Assembly: GCA_022510465.1 (NCBI GenBank)
Contig: JAFLTJ010000002.1
Coordinates: 3,242 to 67,241, forward strand
Source: Muribaculaceae bacterium
Lineage (GTDB): Bacteria > Bacteroidota > Bacteroidia > Bacteroidales > Muribaculaceae
DNA: 64,000 nt
Direction of reading: 5' to 3'
The position numbers and the translations under genes were made by a program. This document shows positions 18,836 through 28,694 of the stretch, piece after piece. Position 1 is the first letter of the stretch, and each line of letters starts with the position of its first letter. Below the pieces are notes generated by a model. It had not been told where the DNA came from. It did not search any database and worked only from the letters and a program-made list of their open reading frames with translations.

Positions 18836-21800
18836 TTAATATTCATCCCAGGCTTTGATTTCAATGAAATCTTGAGAACGGGTGGTGAATGCCCGGATGA
18901 AAGCAGAAGCCAGGCGGGCGTTTGTCAGAAGCGGAATGTTGAGGTCGATTGCCGCGCGACGAATCTTGTATCCGTTGGAAAGCTCGGTTGGGGTGAGGTT
19001 CTTGGGGATGTTTACCACCATGTCAATCTCGTGATTCTGCATTAGCTGCAGAGCCTGTGGCTGCATATCATCCTGCGACGGCCAATAAACACGAATTGCG
19101 GGGATGCCGTTGTCGGTAAGGAACGCATGAGTGCCACCGGTGGCATATATCTTCAGTCCATGTTTGTGTAGCAGGTGGGCTGCGTCGAGCATGTCGGCTT
19201 TCTGCCTTGGAGAACCGGTTGAAAGAAGTATTCCTTTCTGTGGCAACCTGAGTCCTACGGAAAGCATTGCTTTCAAGATGGCTTCATCGGTGTCGTCGCC
19301 TATACAGCCAACCTCCCCGGTTGACGACATGTCAACACCCAAAACAGGGTCGGCTCCCTGGAGTCGCGAGAAACTGAACTGGGAGGCTTTTATCCCGACA
19401 TAATCGAGGTCGAAAGCGTTCTTGTGTGGTTTTTCAACCGGCAGTCCCAGCATGACGCGGGTTGCGAGGTCGATGAAGTTTATTTTTAGAACTTTGGAAA
19501 CAAACGGGAAAGAGCGAGAGGCTCGCAAGTTACATTCAATCACTTTTATGTCGTTGTTTTTTGCGAGGTATTGAATGTTGAAAGGCCCTGATATGTTGAG
19601 TGCTTTTGCGATTTTTGACGATACTTTCTTGATGCGCCGCATCGTTTCAACATACAGCTTTTGGGGCGGGAACTGAATGGTTGCGTCGCCTGAATGAACT
19701 CCTGCAAACTCGATGTGCTCGGAGATTGCGTAAGCGAGTATCTCGCCGTTCTTTGCAACGGCATCCATTTCGATTTCTTTGGCGTTCTGAATGAACTCAG
19801 TAACGACAACGGGGTGTTCTTTGGATACGTTTGCCGCGAGTCGGAGGAAGCGTTGCAGCTCGTCGTCGTTGGAACACACGTTCATGGCGGCTCCGGAAAG
19901 TACATAGCTGGGGCGAACAAGCACCGGATATCCAACCTCGTCGATAAATTTGTTGATGTCGTCGAAGCTTGTCAATTCCCGCCATCTTGGCTGGTCGACA
20001 CCGATGCGGTCGAGCATGGCGGAGAATTTGTTGCGGTCTTCGGCGTTGTCAATGCTTTTGGCAGTTGTTCCGAATATGTTGACACCGGCGCTATCCAGTC
20101 GCATGGCGAGGTTGTTTGGTATCTGTCCGCCTACCGACAGAATTGTTCCCTTTGGCTGCTCGAGGTCGAGAATATCCATTACTCGCTCATAGGTCAACTC
20201 GTCAAAATATAGACGGTCGCACATATCGTAATCGGTCGAAACCGTTTCGGGGTTGTAGTTTATCATTACAGAACGCCAACCTTGCTGCTTGACGGTTAGA
20301 AGGGCGTTTACGGAGCACCAGTCGAATTCAACGGAGCTGCCGATTCGATAGGCTCCGGAGCCCAATACTACGATTGAGCGGTGGTCGTGGAGATATTCCA
20401 CGTCGTTGGTAGAACCGTTATAGGTCAGATAGAGATAGTTGGTCTGGGCCGGATATTCGGCGGCAAGAGTGTCAATCTGCTTTACGACGGGGGTAATGCC
20501 TTGCTTGATGCGATGGGCACGCACGGAGTCGCTTGAAGCGGCTGCGTGGTTGTTCATGTTGTTTTTGAAGATAGCGCGGGCAATCTGGAAATCGCTGAAA
20601 CCTTGACTCTTTGCCTGCTTTAGGAGGTCATCGGGGAGGGTGTCGAGGCTGTCGTGTTGTTCCATTTCACGATTGGTCTCAACGATGTTGGCAAGTCGGA
20701 ATAGGAACCAACGGTCGATTTTTGTGAGTTCGTGTATCCGCTCCACGGAATAGCCTTCCTGGAGAGCCTTGGCAATAACAAATATACGTTTGTCGGTAGG
20801 CTCGGCAAGAGCTTTGTCAATGTTGTCGATTGAGAAGTCTCTGTTTCCGGTGAATCCGTGCATTCCTTGCCCAATCATTCGCAGGCTTTTCTGAATAACT
20901 TCCTCGAAAGTTCGGCCGATAGCCATAACTTCACCAACTGATTTCATCTGGGAGCCTATTTCGCGACGAACACCGTGGAATTTTCCGAGGTCCCAGCGCG
21001 GAATCTTGCAGACGATGTAGTCGAGAGCCGGCTCAAAGAATGCAGAGGTGACTTTTGTAACTGAGTTTTTGAGGTCGAACAGGCCGTACCCAAGGCCGAG
21101 CTTGGCGGCAACGAACGCCAACGGGTAGCCGGTTGCTTTAGAAGCGAGGGCCGATGAGCGGCTAAGGCGGGCGTTTACTTCAATCACCCTGTAATCCATT
21201 GACTCGGGGTCGAATGCGTACTGAACATTACACTCGCCGACGATGCCGACGTGACGAACAATCTTTATAGCGAGTTTGCGCAGGAAATGGTAATCTTCGT
21301 TGGAAAGAGTTTGGGATGGAGCAACTACGATACTTTCGCCGGTGTGTATACCGAGCGGGTCGAAGTTTTCCATGTTGCAGACTGTGATACAGTTGTCATA
21401 GCGGTCGCGAACGACTTCATATTCGACTTCTTTCCAACCTTTGAGCGACTTTTCAACAAGGACTTGCGGGGAGAAAGACAGCGCTTTAGAAGCCAGGTCG
21501 ATAAGCTCGGTTTCGTTGTCGCAGAATCCGCTGCCGAGCCCACCAAGGGCGTATGCGGCCCGCACAATAACGGGGTAGCCCAATCGGGCAGCTGCATTGA
21601 GAGCGTCGTCGACGGTGTTGACGGCTTCGCTTTTTATGGTTTTGACATCAATTTCGTCCAGCTTGTGTACAAAAAGCTCGCGGTCTTCGGTATCCATAAT
21701 GGCCTGAACCGGGGTGCCCAATACTTTGACATTGTACTTGTCGAGAACTCCGGACTGGAACAGGCTGACGCCGCAGTTGAGCGCGGTCTGCCCTCCAAAG

Positions 21801-22063
21801 GCAAGGAGGATTCCGTCGGGCCGTTCTTTTTCGATTACTTTCTCTACGAAATAGGGGGTAACGGGGAGGAAGTAGATTTTATCGGCAAAACCGTCGCTTG
21901 TTTGCACGGTGGCAATATTCGGGTTGATAAGCACGGTAGAGATACCCTCCTCTTTCAGCGCTTTCAGAGCTTGGGAACCGGAATAGTCGAATTCGCCTGC
22001 TTCACCGATTTTAAGGGCTCCGCTGCCCAGTAGTAGAACTTTCTGTATATTGTGCTGGTTCAT
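18836..22063 (-). CDS. carB: Carbamoyl-phosphate synthase large subunit
   Basis: 1075 aa with duplicated ATP-grasp halves (KVLLLGSGALKIGEAGEFDYSG and VVLGSGAYRIGSSVEFDWC) and a C-terminal MGS-like domain. Confidence 0.96.
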   Translation of the reverse strand: MNQHNIQKVLLLGSGALKIGEAGEFDYSGSQALKALKEEGISTVLINPNIATVQTSDGFADKIYFLPVTPYFVEKVIEKERPDGILLAFGGQTALNCGVSLFQSGVLDKYNVKVLGTPVQAIMDTEDRELFVHKLDEIDVKTIKSEAVNTVDDALNAAARLGYPVIVRAAYALGGLGSGFCDNETELIDLASKALSFSPQVLVEKSLKGWKEVEYEVVRDRYDNCITVCNMENFDPLGIHTGESIVVAPSQTLSNEDYHFLRKLAIKIVRHVGIVGECNVQYAFDPESMDYRVIEVNARLSRSSALASKATGYPLAFVAAKLGLGYGLFDLKNSVTKVTSAFFEPALDYIVCKIPRWDLGKFHGVRREIGSQMKSVGEVMAIGRTFEEVIQKSLRMIGQGMHGFTGNRDFSIDNIDKALAEPTDKRIFVIAKALQEGYSVERIHELTKIDRWFLFRLANIVETNREMEQHDSLDTLPDDLLKQAKSQGFSDFQIARAIFKNNMNNHAAASSDSVRAHRIKQGITPVVKQIDTLAAEYPAQTNYLYLTYNGSTNDVEYLHDHRSIVVLGSGAYRIGSSVEFDWCSVNALLTVKQQGWRSVMINYNPETVSTDYDMCDRLYFDELTYERVMDILDLEQPKGTILSVGGQIPNNLAMRLDSAGVNIFGTTAKSIDNAEDRNKFSAMLDRIGVDQPRWRELTSFDDINKFIDEVGYPVLVRPSYVLSGAAMNVCSNDDELQRFLRLAANVSKEHPVVVTEFIQNAKEIEMDAVAKNGEILAYAISEHIEFAGVHSGDATIQFPPQKLYVETMRRIKKVSSKIAKALNISGPFNIQYLAKNNDIKVIECNLRASRSFPFVSKVLKINFIDLATRVMLGLPVEKPHKNAFDLDYVGIKASQFSFSRLQGADPVLGVDMSSTGEVGCIGDDTDEAILKAMLSVGLRLPQKGILLSTGSPRQKADMLDAAHLLHKHGLKIYATGGTHAFLTDNGIPAIRVYWPSQDDMQPQALQLMQNHEIDMVVNIPKNLTPTELSNGYKIRRAAIDLNIPLLTNARLASAFIRAFTTRSQDFIEIKAWDEY

Positions 22064-22068
22064 TGTGA

Positions 22069-23169
22069 TTAAAGTTTAGATTGGAGGGATTTGTTTATGG
22101 CGTCGATAAATTCGTCAAAGAAGAACTCGGTGTCTTTTGGCCCGGATGAGGCTTCGGGGTGGAATTGCGCGGAGAAGAAGGGTTTTGTTTTGTGTCGTAT
22201 ACCTTCGTTGGTGCCGTCGTTCATGTTTATGAACAGGGGTTCCCAATCGGCCGGGAGGGTGTTGTTGTCGACGGCAAATCCGTGATTCTGTGAAGTGACG
22301 TAACAGGAGTTTGTGCCGGCACGCCTGACGGGCTGATTGTGGCTGCGGTGGCCGTATTTTAGCTTGTAGGTCGATGCGCCGGCGGCTTTTGCCAGGAGCT
22401 GATTCCCCATGCAGATGCCGCAGATTGGCTTGCCAATCTCAATGGCTTTGCGGAGATTGATGACGGTTTTTTCGGCCATATCGGGGTTTCCGGGTCCGTT
22501 GGACAGGAAGAGGCCATCGTAGGGGATTGACGTGAAATCGTAATCCCAGGGAACACGGATTACCTTAACGCCGCGGCGGGTGAGGCATCGAATGATGTTG
22601 TGTTTTACACCCAGGTCGACGAGGACTATTGTCTTGTCGCCGTCGCCGTGGGTCTCGACGTTCTTGCAGGAGACTTCGGCAACGAGATTCTCTTTGTTTG
22701 GGTCGTAAAAATCAATATCATTCTCGTTATCGCCCTCGATAATGATTTTACCAAGCATAGAGCCGTGCTCGCGTAGGTGCTTGGTCAACGCTCGGGTGTC
22801 AATACCGAAAACACCGGGGACTTTTTCTTCCTGAAGCCACTGGGCGAGCGAGCGGTCGGCCTGCCAATGGGAGTGGTCGAAGGAGTAATCTTGAGCAATA
22901 ATAGCCCGACAGTGAATTGCGTCGCTTTCGTAGTATTCGCTGACGTCGTTTTTTTCGCGTCGTGGCGGGACCCCGTAATTTCCGAGCAAGGGGTATGTTG
23001 TAACAAGAATTTGACCTCGATAGGATGGGTCGGTCAAGCTTTCCGGATATCCGGTCATAGCAGTGTTGAAAACGACTTCACCGGCCGTCGAAGACTCGTG
23101 GCCGAAAGAAAATCCCTCAAATCGGGTGCCGTCTTCAAGGAGAAGAACGGCTCGGCGATGATTGCGCAT
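22069..23169 (-). CDS. carA: Carbamoyl-phosphate synthase small (glutamine amidotransferase) subunit
   Basis: FNTAMTGYPESLTDPSY N-domain and the GATase triad region ICGICMGNQLL ... HGFAV. The start was trimmed to ATG 23169 (MRNHRRAVLLLEDG). Confidence 0.92.
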   Translation of the reverse strand: MRNHRRAVLLLEDGTRFEGFSFGHESSTAGEVVFNTAMTGYPESLTDPSYRGQILVTTYPLLGNYGVPPRREKNDVSEYYESDAIHCRAIIAQDYSFDHSHWQADRSLAQWLQEEKVPGVFGIDTRALTKHLREHGSMLGKIIIEGDNENDIDFYDPNKENLVAEVSCKNVETHGDGDKTIVLVDLGVKHNIIRCLTRRGVKVIRVPWDYDFTSIPYDGLFLSNGPGNPDMAEKTVINLRKAIEIGKPICGICMGNQLLAKAAGASTYKLKYGHRSHNQPVRRAGTNSCYVTSQNHGFAVDNNTLPADWEPLFINMNDGTNEGIRHKTKPFFSAQFHPEASSGPKDTEFFFDEFIDAINKSLQSKL

Positions 23170-23232
23170 AACAAACGATAGATAAATGTTTACTGATAAG
23201 CGGTTAAACGAAATTCCATCGTGAAAACCGTG

Positions 23233-23240
23233 CAAATTTA
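23233..23240 (-). promoter_or_regulatory. Candidate -7 promoter box for carAB
   Basis: TAAATTTG on the minus strand, about 60 nt upstream of the carA ATG. Confidence 0.35.
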
Positions 23241-23332
23241 CGAAAAAATCCGGATACTGCAAAATTCGGATAAAATAAGGGTGTGGTTTTCTAAAAGTAA
23301 ATTTATGGGGGTGTTTAATGAAATTATTTTTG

Positions 23333-23340
23333 TAATTTTG
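23333..23340 (+). promoter_or_regulatory. Candidate -7 promoter box for the dCMP deaminase gene (near-leaderless)
   Basis: TAATTTTG ends 5 nt before the ATG at 23346. Confidence 0.4.
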
Positions 23341-23345
23341 CGGCT

Positions 23346-23777
23346 ATGGAAACGAAAGAAAAGCAGGAAATAATAGACCGTCGTTATTTGCGCATGGCAA
23401 GAATCTGGGCGGAAAACTCGTATTGCGAGCGACGAAAAGTAGGAGCGTTGCTTGTGAAGAACCGCATGATTATATCGGATGGTTTTAACGGGACACCTGC
23501 GGGATTTGAGAATGTGTGTGAAGATGAGAGCGGCTCGACCAAGGCGTATGTTCTGCATGCTGAGGCCAATGCGATAACGAAGGTTGCGAGAAGCAATAAT
23601 TCGAGCGCGGGGTCAACATTGTATATCACGGCATCGCCGTGCTTGGACTGTGCAAAGCTGATAATTCAGGCGGGAATAGAGCGCGTGGTTTTTAACGAGC
23701 TGTATCGGATTACAGACGGAATAGAATTGTTGAAGCGGGCGGGGGTAAAATGTGATTACATTGAGAATTTGGATTAG
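23346..23777 (+). CDS. Deoxycytidylate (dCMP) deaminase, ComEB/Dcd1-like
   Basis: Zinc-binding motifs HAEANAI and PCLDCAK, size 143 aa. Confidence 0.9.
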   Translation: METKEKQEIIDRRYLRMARIWAENSYCERRKVGALLVKNRMIISDGFNGTPAGFENVCEDESGSTKAYVLHAEANAITKVARSNNSSAGSTLYITASPCLDCAKLIIQAGIERVVFNELYRITDGIELLKRAGVKCDYIENLD

Positions 23778-23810
23778 ATTGACGCCCGGTTATAAAAGTT
23801 AGGAGAGGAT

Positions 23811-25460
23811 ATGAAAGGGAGTAAATTTGGTTTGGCAAAATTTTTGCCGTTGATAATAGCGCTGTCGTTTGTAGCGGGGATTTTTTCGGGCCGGATATTT
23901 TATCGGTCGGGAAGTGGCGGCAACGGAGATAAGTTTGAGCAGATATTGGATATGATTCAGACTTATTACGTTGACGAGCTGAACACTGATTCGCTGGTTG
24001 AACTAACAATACCTCACCTGCTGGCCAATCTGGACCCACATTCGGCCTATATACCTGCGAGCGACTTACAGTCGGTCAATGATGACCTTGACGGGTCGTT
24101 CAGCGGCATAGGTATTACGTTTAACATGATGGGGGATACGATAAATGTACTGGAGGTTTTGTCGGGAGGTCCGGCTGAAAAGGTCGGCTTGTTGGCAGGC
24201 GACAGGATAGTGACGATAGATGACTCGGTGGCCGCCGGCAAGAAGTGGACTAACGAGCGCGTGATGAAAACACTCCGCGGAGCCAAAGGCACGAAAGTGA
24301 AACTTGGGATTAAGCGGAGCTCGTCGGCGGGGCTGCTCCCGTTTGAACTGACTCGCGGTGATATCCCGGTGTCGTCGATAGATGTTGCGTATGAGGTAGA
24401 ACCCGGAGTTGGGCTGATAAAGATTAACAAGTTTGGCCGCAATACGTATGGTGAATTTCTTACCGAGGCAATCAAACTTCGCGAAAGAGGTGTCAACAAG
24501 TTCATAATCGATTTGCGCGGAAACGGTGGCGGATATATGGAGCCTGCAGTTCTGATAGCAAATGAGTTCCTTGAGCGAGGTCAATTGATAGTGTCAACGA
24601 AGGGAAGGTTTGAAGGGCCGAGCGCAATGACGGCTGCCGACGGAACGGGGTCGCTGACTGATGCAGAGGTTGTGATAATGCTGGATGAATATTCGGCGTC
24701 GGCAAGTGAGATTTTGGCGGGTGCAATACAGGATAATGACCGCGGCGTGATAGTTGGGCGCAGGTCGTTTGGAAAGGGTCTGGTTCAGAATCAAATGGTG
24801 TTGCCCGACAGCAGTGCAGTCCGTCTGACCGTGGCTCGTTACTATACCCCGTCGGGACGTTGTATTCAGAAGATGTACAAGCTTGGGGAGGCGCTCCAGT
24901 ATGAAACGGAATTGGCGATGAGATATACTAACGGGGAGCTGTATAGCCCTGACAGTATAAAGATAGATACAAACTTGGCATACAGCACGCTGACCGGCCG
25001 AACGGTTTATGGAGGCGGCGGTATTATCCCGGATGTATTTGTTCCTAATGACACGACTGGCTATTCGAGTTATTATATCAGCGTTGTCAACGGCGGATTG
25101 TTGCAGAAGTATGCGTTTATGTATGTTGACCTGAATCGCGGCGAGTTGTCGAAGTGCAAGAGTGCAGAGGCGGTTTTAGGGAAGCTACCGCCGGAGGATG
25201 TGTTGTTGCAATCGTTTGTAGACTATGCAGCCGGCGAGGGTGTTGCCCCCCGATGGATATATATCAATGTTTCGCGTAAATTGTTGGTGACCCAGCTGCG
25301 AGCGTTAATCTGCCGTGACGCGTTAGACCAGGCGGCGTATTACCAGGTGTTTAACAGAATAGACAACGGGGTAGAGGCTGCACTTAAGGTTTTGAGAGGA
25401 GGGCAGGCTCGGCCACCGATATCGTTACCGCTGCCATTTGGCAATAAAAGGACAAGGTGA
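23811..25460 (+). CDS. S41 family C-terminal processing peptidase with a PDZ domain
   Basis: N-terminal anchor, PDZ segment (GGPAEKVGLLAGDRIVTID), and the catalytic region DEYSASASEILAGAIQDNDRGVIVGRRSFGKG. Confidence 0.9.
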   Translation: MKGSKFGLAKFLPLIIALSFVAGIFSGRIFYRSGSGGNGDKFEQILDMIQTYYVDELNTDSLVELTIPHLLANLDPHSAYIPASDLQSVNDDLDGSFSGIGITFNMMGDTINVLEVLSGGPAEKVGLLAGDRIVTIDDSVAAGKKWTNERVMKTLRGAKGTKVKLGIKRSSSAGLLPFELTRGDIPVSSIDVAYEVEPGVGLIKINKFGRNTYGEFLTEAIKLRERGVNKFIIDLRGNGGGYMEPAVLIANEFLERGQLIVSTKGRFEGPSAMTAADGTGSLTDAEVVIMLDEYSASASEILAGAIQDNDRGVIVGRRSFGKGLVQNQMVLPDSSAVRLTVARYYTPSGRCIQKMYKLGEALQYETELAMRYTNGELYSPDSIKIDTNLAYSTLTGRTVYGGGGIIPDVFVPNDTTGYSSYYISVVNGGLLQKYAFMYVDLNRGELSKCKSAEAVLGKLPPEDVLLQSFVDYAAGEGVAPRWIYINVSRKLLVTQLRALICRDALDQAAYYQVFNRIDNGVEAALKVLRGGQARPPISLPLPFGNKRTR

Positions 25461-25481
25461 TTAAGAGCAGGTGTTTGAGCT

Positions 25482-27425
25482 ATGATTTCGATACAGAATC
25501 TGTCGGTAGAGTTTAGTGCGCGTCCGCTGTTTGACAATATAAATTATGTAATCAATAAGCGCGACCGGATAGCGTTGGTGGGGAAGAATGGAGCCGGAAA
25601 ATCCACGATGCTCAAGATAATAGCCGGATTGCAGGAGCCGACGAGCGGAAGCGTGTCGCTGCCTCGTGAAACGACGGTTGCATATCTGCCTCAACAGATG
25701 GAAATTAGCGATGAGCGGACTGTGATAGAGGAGGTGTCGAAAGCGTTCTCGCATATTGATGAAATGCATTCTCGCCTAAGCCGACTGAATGAGGAACTGG
25801 CAGCGCGCGAGGATTATGACTCGGCGGCATACCAGCGAATCATTGACGAGATGACGGAGATGACGGAGCGAATCGCGATAGCCGAGAGTGAGAGCGGCGA
25901 GGCTGAGATTGAAAAGACGCTGATGGGCCTCGGGTTTAACAGGAGTGATTTTACCCGGCCAACGTCGGAGTTTAGCGGCGGATGGCGTATGAGAATAGAG
26001 CTTGCCAAATTGCTGTTAAGCCGCCCTGACGTGTTGCTCCTGGATGAGCCGACCAATCATCTGGATATAGAGTCAATACAGTGGTTGGAGAACTTTCTGA
26101 CGACTAAGGCGCGAGCTGTAGTATTGGTGTCGCACGACAGGGCGTTTATTGACAATGTTACGAATCGCACGATAGAGATTTCCTTGGGCAAGATATATGA
26201 TTACAGTGTCAACTATTCAAAGTATGTGCAGTTGAGGCAGGAACGCCTGGAACAGCAGATGCGCGCGTTTCAGAATCAACAGAAGCAGATAGCCGAGACG
26301 GAGGAGTTTATAGAGCGATTCAGATATAAAGCGACAAAGAGCGTGCAGGTTCAGAGTCGTATAAAACAATTGGCAAAGATAGAGCGTATAGAGGTAGACG
26401 AGGTTGACACGTCGCGCCTGAATCTGAAATTTCCGCCGGCTCCACGCTCGGGCGATTATCCGATAATAGCCGAGGAGGTTGGTAAACGCTATGGCGAGCA
26501 CCAGGTATTTGACCACGCGACATTCACTATAAAACGCGGTGAAAAGGTGGCTTTTGTAGGGAAGAACGGCGAGGGGAAATCAACGCTTGTCAAATGTATC
26601 ATGGGGGAGATAGATTATACGGGAAGTTTGAAGATAGGCCATAATGTCAAGATAGGGTATTTTGCTCAAAATCAAGCGTCGTTGCTGGATGGCGAGATTA
26701 CGGTCTTTGATACGATAGACCGCGTTGCGACCGGCGATATACGGACAAAGATACGTGATATTCTGGGAGCGTTCATGTTTGGCGGCGAAGCGTCGGATAA
26801 GCGGGTGAAAGTGTTGTCGGGCGGCGAGAAAACCCGTTTGGCGATGATAAGACTGCTATTGGAGCCGGTAAATCTGTTGATTCTCGACGAGCCTACGAAT
26901 CATCTTGATATGAGAACGAAAGATGTTTTGAAACAGGCGATTAAAGATTTTGACGGAACGGTTATAGTGGTGTCGCACGACCGTGAATTTCTTGACGGGC
27001 TTGTGGAGAAGGTTTATGAGTTTGGCGGCGGTAGAGTGAAGGAATGTTTGGGCGGGATTTATGATTTTCTTGAGAAGAAGAGGATTGTGAATTTGGCAGA
27101 ACTGGAACTTAGCAAATCGCCGGAAATCACGAAAGAGAAGGTTGTTGAGCAACCGAAAGAGAAGCTGCAGCCGGATAGGCGACTGAGCTATGCCGAGCAG
27201 CGCGAACGCGATAAACGGATAAGGCGTCAACGCAAGCGTGTAGAGGAGCTGGAGGCAGAGGTGGCCGCCGTCGAGGAGGAGTTGAAATCAATCGAGGATG
27301 AGATAGCGGCAGGAAATGTTGGTAACGAGGTTCTGACGCGCCATGCCGAGACGCAAAAGCGATTGGAGAACACGATGTCGCTATGGGAGTTGGCATCGAT
27401 GGAACTTGAAGAACAGGGCGGGTGA
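25482..27425 (+). CDS. ABC-F family ATPase (Uup/YheS-like; no transmembrane domain)
   Basis: Two ABC cassettes (GKNGAGKST / LSGGWRMR / LLLDEPTNHLD and GKNGEGKST / LSGGEKTR / LILDEPTNHLD). They are joined by a linker, with a C-terminal coiled coil. Confidence 0.9.
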   Translation: MISIQNLSVEFSARPLFDNINYVINKRDRIALVGKNGAGKSTMLKIIAGLQEPTSGSVSLPRETTVAYLPQQMEISDERTVIEEVSKAFSHIDEMHSRLSRLNEELAAREDYDSAAYQRIIDEMTEMTERIAIAESESGEAEIEKTLMGLGFNRSDFTRPTSEFSGGWRMRIELAKLLLSRPDVLLLDEPTNHLDIESIQWLENFLTTKARAVVLVSHDRAFIDNVTNRTIEISLGKIYDYSVNYSKYVQLRQERLEQQMRAFQNQQKQIAETEEFIERFRYKATKSVQVQSRIKQLAKIERIEVDEVDTSRLNLKFPPAPRSGDYPIIAEEVGKRYGEHQVFDHATFTIKRGEKVAFVGKNGEGKSTLVKCIMGEIDYTGSLKIGHNVKIGYFAQNQASLLDGEITVFDTIDRVATGDIRTKIRDILGAFMFGGEASDKRVKVLSGGEKTRLAMIRLLLEPVNLLILDEPTNHLDMRTKDVLKQAIKDFDGTVIVVSHDREFLDGLVEKVYEFGGGRVKECLGGIYDFLEKKRIVNLAELELSKSPEITKEKVVEQPKEKLQPDRRLSYAEQRERDKRIRRQRKRVEELEAEVAAVEEELKSIEDEIAAGNVGNEVLTRHAETQKRLENTMSLWELASMELEEQGG

Positions 27426-27446
27426 ATGTACAAATTGAAATAGATA

Positions 27447-27477
27447 TTTGCGGGGTGGATTTTTTTTTGTATATTTG
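27447..27477 (+). promoter_or_regulatory. Bacteroidota-type promoter upstream of dnaN
   Basis: TTTG (27447-27450), 19 nt spacer, TATATTTG (27470-27477). The implied 5' UTR is about 60 nt. Confidence 0.5.
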
Positions 27478-27541
27478 CGTGTAGAATTGAATTAAACAAG
27501 TTCTTAAGAAAAACAGTAGTAATATTAGTCACTATTTAGAT

Positions 27542-28672
27542 ATGAAATTTAATGTTTCTTCCAAGCGACTTTATAGTTATGCTTCGGCTGTAAGTAAGGT
27601 AATCAATGCGAAAAATGCAGTAACGATACTGAATAGTTTTCTCCTGAGACTTGATGGCGACCAGTTGACGCTGATGGCGTCGGATATGGAAAACTCGTTG
27701 GAGGCGCGCCTGACGGTGTCGGAGCCTGAGGGCGGAGGCAGTTACTGTATAGATGCACGCAGACTTGTAGATTTACTCAAAGAGATGCCGGAGCAGGGTA
27801 TAACGGTTGAAATACACGAGGATACCTTGTCGGTGGATATAACGTATCCCAACGGAAATTATAATCTTGTGGCTGTTGGCGGAAGTGAATATCCTATGCC
27901 GAAGCGATTTGAACAAGAGGAGGAGGGAATGTTGAAATTTGATATCCCGGCAGAGAATATAATACGCGGTATTGATAATACGTTCTTTGCGGTTAGCGGA
28001 GATACGTTGCGCCCGATGATGACGGGAATCTTGTGTGACATCAAGGATAACGGGCTGATATTTGTGGCGACCGATACCCGCAAGCTGGTTAGATTCATAG
28101 ACCGGAATGTTCATCCGGAGCAAACGGGGTCGTTCATCCTGCCGTCGAAGTCGGCACAGGTGTTTAAGACAGCGTTTGCCAAGGAGGGTGATGTGAATGT
28201 AACGGCCACATCGAAGGGTGTAGTTTTTGAGAGCGAATCGTATACGTTTAACAGTGTGTTAATCAAGGGGAATTTTCCTCCGTATGACCGCGTGATACCG
28301 ACAAATCATCCATATTCACTGACTATTGACCGGCAGCTGCTGTTGAATGCCGTTCGCCGCGTTGGCGGTTTCGTGTCGGCCAATCACGGGCTGATAAAGA
28401 TGAGCATATCGACCGAAATGCTTACGCTGCGCGCGATAGACAATAATTTCTGTCTGTCGGCCCGCGAGGCAATTCCGTGCAGTTTCAGCGGAAGTGATAT
28501 GACGATAGGTTTCAGCGCTCCCTATTTGCTGGAGATTCTCAATATAATCTCGACTCCCGAGGTTGTAATACAACTGAGCGACCCGTCGAGACCCGGCGTG
28601 TTTACCCCCACGGAGGATAAGGAGAATACAGAGTTGTTGATGTTGCTGATGCCGATGACGGTAACGGATTAA
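27542..28672 (+). CDS. dnaN: DNA polymerase III beta subunit (sliding clamp)
   Basis: 376 aa with three-domain clamp organisation, the typical opening MKFNVSSKRL...AVSKVINAKN..ILNSFLL and the C-terminal LLMPM motif. Confidence 0.92.
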   Translation: MKFNVSSKRLYSYASAVSKVINAKNAVTILNSFLLRLDGDQLTLMASDMENSLEARLTVSEPEGGGSYCIDARRLVDLLKEMPEQGITVEIHEDTLSVDITYPNGNYNLVAVGGSEYPMPKRFEQEEEGMLKFDIPAENIIRGIDNTFFAVSGDTLRPMMTGILCDIKDNGLIFVATDTRKLVRFIDRNVHPEQTGSFILPSKSAQVFKTAFAKEGDVNVTATSKGVVFESESYTFNSVLIKGNFPPYDRVIPTNHPYSLTIDRQLLLNAVRRVGGFVSANHGLIKMSISTEMLTLRAIDNNFCLSAREAIPCSFSGSDMTIGFSAPYLLEILNIISTPEVVIQLSDPSRPGVFTPTEDKENTELLMLLMPMTVTD

Positions 28673-28694
28673 ACCACAGAATAAACAAAGCGAA

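Noticed and set aside
23170-23262. N-terminal extension of carA (MQYPDFFVNLHGFHDG...).
   Set aside because: CarA families start close to the MRNHRRAVLLLEDG-type sequence. The extension runs into the divergent promoter region.
23170-23345. Possible replication origin at the divergent carA / dCMP-deaminase junction, with dnaN 4 kb away and a strand switch of gene orientation.
   Set aside because: I saw no clustered DnaA boxes (TTATCCACA/TGTGGATAA), only partial matches. Gene orientation switches again at 37.4 kb and 43.9 kb, so the switch is not origin-specific.
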